Below, one piece after another: positions 24,801 through 36,800 of a stretch of 64,000 nucleotides of DNA (position 1 is its first letter; each line of letters starts with the position of its first letter). A model generated the notes under the pieces. That model had not been told where the DNA came from. It saw only the letters and a program-made list of their open reading frames with translations, and searched no databases. The position numbers were made by a program, and so were the translations under genes. This stretch comes from Carcharhinus longimanus (lineage: Eukaryota): assembly GCA_030264375.1 (NCBI GenBank), contig JASCQW010000032.1, forward strand, positions 38,513,229-38,577,228, written 5' to 3'.

Positions 24801-27800
24801 TGGGAAGCCTTTATGTACCAGTGCGTCCTGCTACAGAATGATCTGCAGCACCTGGAACTTTGAAGAGACCCAATTCCTGTGACTTTGATGGGCTGGTATC
24901 ATTAAACTTCTACGCCAATGGCTGTTTCCAGGGTGTCACTGGAGATGTGTGGCATTTATGAGGCAGCCGCTCACCACTGTGTCATCAAAGTGATCAGTTC
25001 CCTGTTGAAGAGAGCCAGAGAGTTAGTGCAATATACGACTGACAAAGAGAGCCATGCCAACAATCTGTGGGCTTCAGGACCAGTGCAGGATGTTATCCAT
25101 TGAATCCATATGGCAATTAGGGCTCCCTGGGAGCAGCCTGTGCTATTTATCACCAGAAGTGGTCCAGCCCATTCACTTGCAATTGGTGTGGGACCCAGAG
25201 GAAACAAATCTTCAGCTTTGTGCTTCAGGTTTCCAGAAATTTCACAAGATGCATACATTCCACACCCCACCCAGATGCCACAGATCTTCAAGATCACTAC
25301 ATGCCTACACACATATATAATCACAGAAACAATGCACCATTCCAGCCAAGGAGCATTATAATGAATGCCATTGATCAACAAGAGCAATGGTTGAGTAGAC
25401 CATTGGCTTGTTAAAAATAAAGTATCTAGACTGCTCTTGCAGGACTCTACAATTGGTATCTCAGTGTGTCTCTGGGATTAATGGCACCTGTGTGCATTGC
25501 ATAACCTTGCAGCAAAGGGAGGAGGCCTTTGCTGATTCAGGAGCTTGGGGAATCACACTCCTCATCTGATGATTAAGATGGAGAACAGGGAGCAGAACAG
25601 GCAGATCATCAGATTGAAGCTCCTTCACCAGGTGCAAAGGCAATGAAAAGACCCACAAGAGAAATCCATGAGCTCCACACTGACACCAGATTCCAGCAGG
25701 CAAAATGCTTTGACAAGCCTTCTGCTTTAGATCTTATGCTCATGCGACCTCCAAATGTCCTTCCAACAGCAACCATTATCCATCAAGAAGTAACATCATT
25801 CTTGTCACTCCAACCATGGAGAAGTCAATAGTCTGCTTTCACTGATATATACATGCAACTTATTCTGCAAGTACCCATATGGCTAACCAGGGGACAACAT
25901 TAGCATCATCCAAAATACAGAAATAAAGGAAATAAGAATATTTAATCACATGCTATTATAAGCTATCAACATGGTGCATCTACATGTGGTCTCTCATGCT
26001 ATCATGGGTGCTCTGACTTGGTATCACTTCAATGTCAACAGCTGAGGTGGAGAGAGAATGGTTGTGCTCATTCTTGTTGCCCTCTCTGCTTGTTTCTGCC
26101 AAGTTCTGAATTCTCCATAGTGATTCCACTGTGCGATGCCCCATGCCTGCGATGACCTTGGTGACCATCCTTTGATTGCCTGAGCCTAGAAGATCCTGGC
26201 AAGCTGAGGGACTCCTGCCTGGATGCTGATGTTTCTTTCATTGCCATGGTTACTGGAGGCGCTAGAGCCAGTGATTGAGGAGCGGCTGCTCACCTTCTGA
26301 GAGCCCTGAGAAGAGCTTCTAGGAGAGGGAGCCTGGTGCTTCTCCTTCATCTCTCTGCTTGACAGCAGCTCCCTATCCACTTGAGGAAGAGGGAGACCTC
26401 GAGGAATGTCCAGTCATCTCATCCCCCTCTTGCCTGGTCCCTGTTGCAAAGAGCTCATGGCCAATGCAGCAATGACCAGGTCCTGCAATGTCTGCCGGTC
26501 CGAGTACATACCCAGCAGCAACTGAATGGTCTGCTGAATCTGACTCTGCCTGATGGTCACAGCCTCTCCATGGAGAAAATCATGCCTGAGACATGGGCAG
26601 AATGCTTGGTCAGAATAGACTCCTCCATCATCTGCATATGCCTATACATGGCAGTTCTACTAGATGTTCCTCTGTCTGTTTTTCCATCACCAGAAGGTTT
26701 TTATTGCCTGTCACCAGAGACCCATCATCTGCTAGATGCCCTGTTTGGACCTGGCTTCCAACAATCCTCTGACAACCCTCAGCTGTTGAAGCTTCTATCA
26801 GCTGTTCGGGCATGTCTGGTATGTTCATTCAGTCTGATTCTGAATGGTTATCACATTCATCGAGGTGAATGTATCTGCACTGATACATGCACCCCTGAGT
26901 CTTCAATGTTATCCTCCTCAAAACTGAAGGGACATGAATGACAGAGCAGTTCCCTCCAGAATGCAAAGAACACCAGTGGAGAACACAAAGAATTAGATTC
27001 ACATTTTGTTCAGGTGTGAAGGGCCAAATGACCTACTCCTGCTCCAATTTTATGTGTTTTTTATAATCTCACTTCTCATCCCTTTCTGATACATGTCTCC
27101 TTTCTGTCCATTGATGGACACCAACTGGAGACTTCTTCTGTCTCTTCAGTCCCATTTCACTGTCTTCTATTGCTCAGCTGCCCCGCTCTCTGTCCAGGCT
27201 CATTGTCTCCTCCTGTGCTGATATGTGATCTAATGTTAGCCACTGCTCCACCCACCTTTTTTTGTTCTTTGCTGTGTGTACTATGTTTTCCTGAGGACAG
27301 AAGGGGAACAAATCTCTGCCTAATGGACATCTGACCCCCTGATCATCACGCATTCCTCTGGCAAGGTAATGGGGCCTGCTGGTTGTCCATTCTCATGACA
27401 TTTGGACAACAGTGGAAGCATGAACCTTAAACTTGGCGGCCACAGGCATTCAAGCCTCATCTTGTATCTGATGCTGGGCCTTACACTTCTTTCACCTGTC
27501 TTCCTACTCCTTCCTCTCACTGGGGCACATTGCACGTTGCACTCATGAGAGCGATTTTGTTCCAAACATTCAGTTATGCTCACCCTGGAAACATGGAAGA
27601 GGTAGTTGACCCTCTTTCTTCATTCACCTTTGTTCATGTGAGCCATGTGCCACTCCCTGCATGATGCTGATCGCTGATGAGGCGAGAAGTCTGAAGCATG
27701 AACTTGAGATGCTGTTGCAAGAGAGAAAGTTGAGGCTGAAGGCATTGTCAGGATTCCCTTTTGCCTCTGCTACATTGAAGCTTCTGCGTTGTAGTCACTG

Positions 27801-30800
27801 TCACTCAGAAACGGTTCCTGGACCCCTGACTCTATCAGCTGGTTGGCGTCTTCCTTCCAGCTCCCATTGCAGAATTGGCTGGGCCTGGACACCATTGCTT
27901 TCATTATCCAAAGCCACCATGTAATTATAGTTGGCCAGTTATCCCTGCCAGTAATGACAATGTCACTCACTCCAGGTCTGTCGCTGGTTGGCACACTACG
28001 ATGACTAAATTCTGCCTGATATGTTGTGTACAATCCTCTGTGTAACAGAACAGATAAAGAAATGATTTTAAAAAAGAGGGCATCAGGTATTCCTGATGAT
28101 TCACTTCTTGAAATGTTTTAACTGTTAACAGGTGTGAGACTCTTTCTCTTCAGGCAGTAAATTAGCTGTTTGTCTCTCATCCACAGAGGCTGATCCTTAT
28201 TTCACTGTGAAACTCCAAGATTATACAGCTATCGAGAAAGATGAAGTAACTCTTGAATGTGAACTCAGCAAGGACGTGCCTGTAAAATGGATGAAGGATG
28301 GCAAGGACATCATAGCTTCAAAGACAGTTTCAATGAAGGCTGTTGATAAACGCCGTATTGTGACGATCAAAAAAGTTGACAGTAAAGACAAGGGTGACTA
28401 TGAATGTGACTGTGGAACGGACAAGACAAAAGCCACTTTGAATATTGAAGGTATCGAACTTCTGACTGAGTACAAGTAGATTCTTCAACAATTATAAAGT
28501 AACATTCTTTCCAAATGTTCAGTTTAAACATCCATTTTTAACATTGTCTGCAGCTCGCATCATCAAGATAGTGCATCCATTGCATGGTGTAGAAATCTTT
28601 GAAGGTGAAACTGCGCACTTTGAAGTGGAGATCTCAGAAACAGATGTGCATCCTCAATGGAAGCTGAAGGGCGAAAGTTTGTTTATGTCACCTGTAAGTT
28701 GTTTCCTTCATTTATCTCAAAGTTAAGCATTCCTACCTCCTATGTTGGAATTATTTGGTAATAAATGATTTCACTTCAGAATTATGTTAATTTAATTAAA
28801 CATTATAAAATCAACTTCCTAATAATGTTCAGTAGAACTCAAGGCCCTGAATATTTGTTCCTCAAGAAAATTTTGGGGTAAATTTTCTACAAATAAACAT
28901 CAACCTAAAATATCTTGGGTGATTTTGTATTGGCAGCAATGTGAGATTATCGAGGATGGCAAGAAACATCTCCTTACCCTCTACAATTGCAAGCTAAGTG
29001 ATTCTGGAGAAGTTTTCTTCCAGGCTGCTAATGCTAAGTGCGCAGCTAATCTGAAAGTCAAAGGTAATTTTTAATACATTTGGAAGAATTTGTTACTTTT
29101 TTCTGAAATTTGAATAATTGTAATTCAGGCTCGTAATGTAGTACTATTGTTCCATTAATTGTATGTGTGATTTACATATGTTATATCAGCATATTAAAAT
29201 ATATATATAGGTATGTAATACATATTGTATATATCTATTTGAATAATTGGTCATTTTTTACTTCCTACACTCCCATTCAGAAATTCCACTCACTTTCATT
29301 GTACCACTTAATGATGTGAAAGTATATGAGAAAGATGAAGCGAAGTTTGAGTGTGAAGTGTCCAGAGTGCCCAAGACTTTCCGTTGGCTAAAAGGAATTG
29401 AGGAGCTTAAACCTAATGAGAAATTTGAAATTCTATCAGATGGGACAAAACATATGTTGACTGTTAAACAGGCTGCATATGATGATGAGGCAAAATATAT
29501 GTTTGAAGCAGAGGACAAGAGGACAAGTGGCAAACTGATTATCCAAGGCAAGAGAATGGAGCAAAAACAATGTATGAATTCCTTAGTTAGTTTTCTTGGT
29601 GAGGCGGCTTGCATTTGATTAAAAATTCCTTTCTTCATAGGCATTCGACTTGAATTTACCAAACCTCTTGAAGACCAGACTGTGAAAGAGCGTGAAAGTG
29701 CAGAATTTGTCACTGAACTTTCTCATGACAACATACCGGTTGTGTGGTACAAAAATGACAAACGACTGCATCCAAGTAGGTCCGTGACTATGAAAGATGA
29801 GGGTAAAGTCCACTCCATTACATTCAAAGATGTGACTATTGATGATACTTCCCTCATCAAAGTCGAAGCTATGGCTAAAAGTTCGGAGGCCAAGCTTACT
29901 GTAATCGGTAGGTATTGCATATGGAAACGTGTGAATGAATTTTGCTCACCAAACTTTGACACATTACATTTGTTGTTTGACTTTTTCTCTAATTTGCCTT
30001 TTTTTCTGGTTTTCTTAGAGGGTGACCCATACTTTATAAACAAACTGCAGGATTATACAGCTGTAGAAAAGGATGATGTTATCTTCCAGTGTGAGATCAG
30101 TAAATCTGCTGCTCCAGTTAAGTGGTTTAAGGATGGAAAAGAACTGATTCCTTCAAAGAATATTCAGATTAAAACGGATGGGAAGAAGCGTATACTGATT
30201 ATTAAACGGGCTCAGAAGAGTGACCAGGGACAATATTCATGTGACTGTGGCACTGATAACACATCAGCCAAACTAAACATTGAGGGTAAGAGTTTATTGA
30301 TAGCATTTAGATACCCAATATCCTTTGCCCTTTGTATCTGTTTATTGTGGTGAGTGAACTTGCATTTTTAGTAAATTAGATGAAATTATTTTTAGTTACT
30401 AGTAATGTACTTTTCCAGGAAAATAACATTTGCACATTATTTTGCTTCAGAACGTGATATTAAGATATTACGTCCACTGTACAGTGTTGAAGTCACAGAA
30501 ACAGAAACTGCTCGTTTCGAGACTGAAATTTCTGAAGAAGATGTACATGGCAATTGGATGTTGAAGGGGGAGAAATTGCATCCATCTCCTGTAAGTTTTA
30601 AACATTAGACAAGCGCTGAGGTTTCTCTTGTCTTTTTTCTCCATTTCTTTCTTGCTGTCTTCCTTCCTTAAAGGTTTTTCTTTTTTTTCCTTAATTTAGG
30701 ATATTGAGATTAAAAAGGAAGGCACAAAACATTTTCTTACACTGTACAATGTGCACATGGATCAAGCTGGTCAAGTTGAATTCCAGGCTGCCAATGCCAA

Positions 30801-33800
30801 AACCGATGCCCATTTGAGAGTTAAAGGTAAACCTGCTGAATATCATAGATTAAGAATGTTAATAGCCAAGAAATATGCACTTCTGAAATTCTTAAGACAT
30901 TTTGGCATTTTATGAGGGATCTATATTTCTCTGCATGTTATGAATATCCAGAGCAATCTACAATGATGTTTTCCATTATAAACCACTACAGGTTTCCAAA
31001 ATTATTGACCACCTCAATAAACCCTTGATAAAGGGTTACATTGTTGGCAGCTTAAAGCAGAGAGCTGCCATATTTATTGTTTTGTTATTGGATAATCCCC
31101 TTTTTGGCAGCTGCTAAACTGCTGGTGGATGGAATTGGGCAATTGCCAAGCACACAGCTGTTTAACTAAACAGATCTGCCAGTACTCTTGGATGGGTTGT
31201 TCCTCAAGTAGAAATGGGGGGGAACAACCACGGTAAGCAGTTTGAATGTGATGTAGGTCAGGTTTACTGTAAAATTCTTCAGAAAGTAAAATGTCGAGAT
31301 ACAGATTTTGAATTCACCCGTTGTTTTTATGGCCAGGCCTTGGTCATCTGGGTGGTTGAATAGTCACACTCTGTTGGGACAGCTGAAATGCATCTTTCAT
31401 TTTCTTGAGACTAATGGGCACACCCATCTCTTTTGCATTTAAAGCTCGGGTGATTGGTTTACTTCGGCCCCTCAAGGATGTGACGGTAACCGCTGGAGAT
31501 TCAGCTACTTTTGAATGTGAACTCTCATACGAAGGAATTGAAGTGCAATGGTTCTTGAAGAACAAGTTACTTGAGCCCAGTGAAAAGGTATGATGAAAAA
31601 TACTAAAACAAAAATAATATCCATGAGTTACCGTGTGAATGTGCATGGTTGGCTACACTGTGCAAAGCAACCTTTGTTTTAGAGTTTAGAAAAAAAACTT
31701 GAGCTATTAATGCCTGACTACCGAAACCATGATTTTGCAAACCAAATATCCTTAACGTAAATACCCATGATAAACTTATTCCACTTTCAATTATCTGAAC
31801 GTTATATTATCTAGAAAAATAAGGCAAGGCTGAACTATAGTTGAAATAAAGCATTAGAAATTTAAACAATGTTAAATTGATGATAATTTCTTAGTATTTT
31901 GCAACAGTTGAATTACATCAATATCTTTTCAGGTGTCTGATAATCCCCCATTGTTTTGAAAGTTGGAAAAGATAGTTTGTATGAAGACGTGATTGTTATT
32001 TGAACTGGACAGTCGCCTACTTTAAACATGACTTGAATAATCATAAAGTGAATCTATTAATTATATAAAATTCTTATTTTGGATCAGGTTGTTACACGCG
32101 CTGAAGGCAGAGTGCACACTTTCACCCTCAGAGACGTCCAGTTGGAGGAGGCTGGTCAAGTCAAACTCACTGCTAAGGACTTCGCAACATCCGCTAAACT
32201 TATTGTTAAAGGTGCGTAATGCATTATGCCAATTATTTTCTTTCCAAAACGATATACTCGGCAATGTACTTTAAGACTGATGTGCTGAATTTTCATTTAC
32301 ATCTTTTACAGAGCCACCAGTTGAATTCACTAAACCTCTGGAGGACCAGACAGTTGAAGAAGAAGCCACTGCTATATTGGAATGTGAAGTCTCCAGAGAG
32401 AATGCCAATGTTATATGGCTTAAGGATGGAAAAGAAATTCATAAAGGCAAGAAGTATGATATAATTGCTGATGGAAAAGTTAGAAAGCTTATTATCCACG
32501 ACTGCAAGCCTGAAGATGCCAAAACATATACATGTGATGCCAAAGACTTCAAAACTTCCTGCTTCCTCACTGTGGAACGTAAGTAGAATGGTGTCCAACG
32601 TTCATCCTCTCACATTCAGAGTTACATTAATGAAAATGCGTATGTGGCTATTTCTCGACCAGTAAGACTTTGTTTCTTTCACAGCACCTCGTGTTGAATT
32701 TATAAAGCCTCTCACTGATCTTGAGGTGAAAGAAAAAGAAGTGGCCAAATTTGTATGTGAAGTCTCACGTGAAAATGCAAAGGTTTGCTTTTTTGCTTAT
32801 GTCATTCTATCAGTATTTATTTTTTAAGTTTACTTCTTTGATGAAAATTAAAACGCATTTATTTTAATTTAAACAAACTTATGGGTTAAATAACAATCTC
32901 ACCTGCTGCGAGACACATATGCTTTCATTTCTTTATCAATTGCAGAGTGAGGTTACAATTAATGAGACTTCATGGTGAAACAAATGTTTTTGTATATGTT
33001 CCTGTATAATGGTCTCTTCCACCCTTTCGGGTCTCAAAATTAATAAATTATCAGCATTTCCATTTTTCTTGGGGTTGCATATATGTTCAAGGTCATTTAC
33101 TAATCCTCATTTTTCCTGCACATGTGCAGGTGGTGAGCGCTAAATTATACATTCTAGACCTGGTAATAGCCCTGGGACACTCCTGAATCCAACCTTCTTG
33201 CCAAGTGCCATCAACAAGCTCCCCCCCCTCCCCCGCCACCAGTCCAGGCCTTCTTTGCCAGCTCCATCCCGTATACTAACCCCACTCCCATACTGCCTCA
33301 TCCCAGTACCCCAAGTGTCAATTTGCATGTTATATTGCATTTTCAGTACCTTTATAGGAGCCTGGGAATTCCAGGCTTCCCCAAGAATACAGGATATAAT
33401 TTCCCTGCTCTTGTAACTACAAGACACTCAGATTTGAATGTGCCTTGCAATGCTGTCCATCAGTAGCCTGAACGCCTAGATGTTTGTGACAAACAGCATA
33501 ACCTCAGATTTCTTAGGCCTTTTACGCAAATTTAACATTCTGGAATATGTCTCCAAATGTAACTAACCGAACAGAAACCTTCCTTTTTAAGCATATTCTG
33601 TCACCAGAATTGCATGATTGTTTCCAGGAGTTTAATCAATCAACATTCATGAAAATTAGAATTTCTATTAGAACTTGTAGTCAGATTTGTAAAATTGAGT
33701 GTTCACTTTACTCCATGCATTTACAGGTAGATATAAAAAAAGAACCAGCTCAGTAAAGCCATTCAGAGGTGAAAACCAATTTTCCTATTCCACTCTCACA

Positions 33801-36800
33801 AAATGATGTTAATTCTTAATACTCTCTGAAATGACCTTGCAAGCCTTTTAGCTATAAAACAACCACAACGAAGCAGACCAATAAGGGACAAACAAGAAAT
33901 ATTTGCCTAGACCCAGCCAGTAGGTTAGGCCAAAGCTCAGACAACCCAAGCCATTCAACCCTAGGAAAAGAAAACATTTTGCTGATCTCTGGGAACTGAG
34001 TGTTCCTGGGTATGTCTTATCACATTTATTGAAGAGATCTATGGAATAGAGACTACTGGGAGCAGAGGCATAGTTGTAATACTTCTGGATTGGTAATCCA
34101 CAGTCTTGGACTGATGTTCCAGAGATATGGGGCTGGATTTCCCAAATAGTACATGGTCCCATTTCTGGGACAGGGAACAGTTTCCAAGCCCATGCATCAA
34201 CTGAGCCACCAGAAACAAGAAACGCACACCCCCTTCCCGGTCCTCCTCAATAACATCTGACAACTTAAGAATTGGAAGAGCTATCTCAATGACTGACCTA
34301 TGCTACAGAAAGAGGAAATTCAGCTCATCAAGCCCGCATGCCAACAACAATCCCACCCAAACGCTATCCCCATAACCCCACGTATTTACCCTGCTAATCC
34401 CCCTGACACTCAGGGTAATTTAGCATGGCCAATCGACATAACCCACGCATCTTTGGACTCTGGGAGGAAACCAGAGCACCCAGAGGAAACCCAAGCAGAC
34501 ACAGGGAAAACGTGCAAAATCCACACAGTCATCCAAGACTGGAATTGAACCCAGGCCCCTTGCACTACGAAGCAGCAGCGCTAACCATCGTGCCACCATG
34601 CCACCCATGGTCATTCTCAGAGAATCATACCTTACAGCCAATGTCCGAGACTCCTCCACCATCATCCATGGGCATGTCCTGCCCCACCAACAGAACAGAC
34701 CCATCAGAGATAACAGCACAGTGGTTTAGAGTCAGGAGGGAGCAGCCCTCAGATCCTCCATATTGACTCCAGATTGAAAGACATCATGGACAAGGAAACC
34801 TCTTGCTGATTACCACCTAGTGCCCTCCCTCAACTGAGAGATCAATGCTCCTTGATGTTGAAGATCAATTCAAAGAAGCACTGGGGTTGCAAGTGTACAG
34901 GATAAATCTAAAAATGTAACCTAGCCCATATTGTATTTCTTTTCAAATTATATAGCAGCTGATGATTTCCTCAGGGCATGGTGTAGAATTACACAGAATC
35001 TACAGCACAGAAACAATCTTACACTGGCGTTCGTATTCCATACAAACCTCCTCTCACCCTGTTTAGTCTATCTAATCCTCATCTCACTAGATCATATCCT
35101 ACTGTCCTCTTCACCCTAATAAACTTATCTAGTCTCCCTTTAATTGCATCTGTGCCATTCAAGTACTTCACTGTATAGACAGAAAAAGTATCTTCCACAC
35201 ACTGAAGTGGACATATAGGCTTGTGGGTTGTCAGACACGACCACTAATAGTACTACTCCAGATCAATGATTATATTCCACAGGACCTGTCTGGAAATATT
35301 TAGCACCTGGCCACATTCATCTCTGTAACTGCAACAATCTGTGCTCAATGAAAAAATTAACATGACATCTGAGGCGGAATTTTCCCATCCCACCTACCAT
35401 GGGAATTGGAGTGAGCAGAATAGGACCATGCAAAGGATATTGGGCAGGATGTTCTGGTCTTGGGGTGGACATGGATGGAAAATCCCACCCTTGCTGTTAT
35501 TTTGTTAAGGAAATTACAGGGACTTGTGTACTTCTGTGTACACCTGTGTCTCTTTCAGGATCAATAATTCATATAGTACCAGCATGTTAGATTCTAACTT
35601 CCCATGATTAGATTTGCCAAATGATTCTCTAGTAAATAATCTGTATTTTGAAAACACTGCTTTAAATATTTTGAAAATGTTTCACATGGTGTTTTAAATA
35701 AAGGATTTGTTAAATTATCCTGAATAAGGCATTGTGGATTTTCTTTCATTTTAGGTTCGTTGGTTTAAGGACAGTGTTGAAGTGAGAAAAGGCAAAAAGT
35801 ATGACATTGTTGCTAAGGGCAAGGAGAGGATGCTTATCATTCACAAAAGCAGCTTTGATGATGAAGCTGAATATGAATGTGATGCAAGGACAGCTAAAAC
35901 CTCAGGATTGCTTACAGTTTTAGGTAATCAATCAGATCAGAGCAGTACATAGTTTTATCTTTCAGGAACATGTTTTAGACATTATTGATCCATTTGTACT
36001 GACATATGTTGCCATGTTTTGCAGAAGAGGACGCTGTCTTCACAAAGAACCTTACAGATGCAGATGTTACCGAGACAGATAGCATTAAATTAATTTGTGA
36101 AGTTTCGAAACCAAATGCTGATGTAAGATGGTATAAGGGAGACACAGAGTTGCCTGAAATTGGTCAATATGAACAACTTACAGATGGCAAAAAGCGCATT
36201 TTAGTAATTCAGAACACCAACCTAGATAATTCTGGGGAATATAATTGCAGACTTCCAACTGCTCGGACTTCATGTGAACTGAAAGTTCATGGTATGTATG
36301 GTGGTCTATTCTGTTATGAGTTTGTTTAATATGGCCATGTCGTAACTTTATCCAATGTTAATTATCCTCTTGTCTTTATTACAGAATTGGCAGCAGAGTT
36401 TATTTCTCGACCACAGAATCTGGAGGTAGTAGAAGGAGACAAAGCAGAGTTTGTCTGTTCGGTATCAAAGGAGACCTACGAAGTGAAATGGCTTAAAGGT
36501 GGCAAAGAGCTTGTATCAGATGATAAATATGAAATCGCATCTGATGGCAAAAAGCGAATGCTCATTATCAAGGACTCCATACCAAAAGATGAAGGAACTT
36601 ATGTTGCCATGATTGGTACCTCAAAAGCACCAGCAGAACTGACAGTTATTGGTAGGTCATGTGAACTAAATTGTATACGTACAAACAGGTTCACAGGAAA
36701 TAGAAGCATTGCATGTGCACTGTCAAATTACATTGAATGTTGCTGAAAAGACAGACAAGTTACTGAAGCATTTTGTTCATCAAGAATAAATGCAAAAGTG

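Noticed and set aside
26381-26941. 186-aa + strand ORF in the I89-I90 intron
   Set aside because: It lies inside the decayed Harbinger element and has no recognisable domain or titin-compatible splice pattern.
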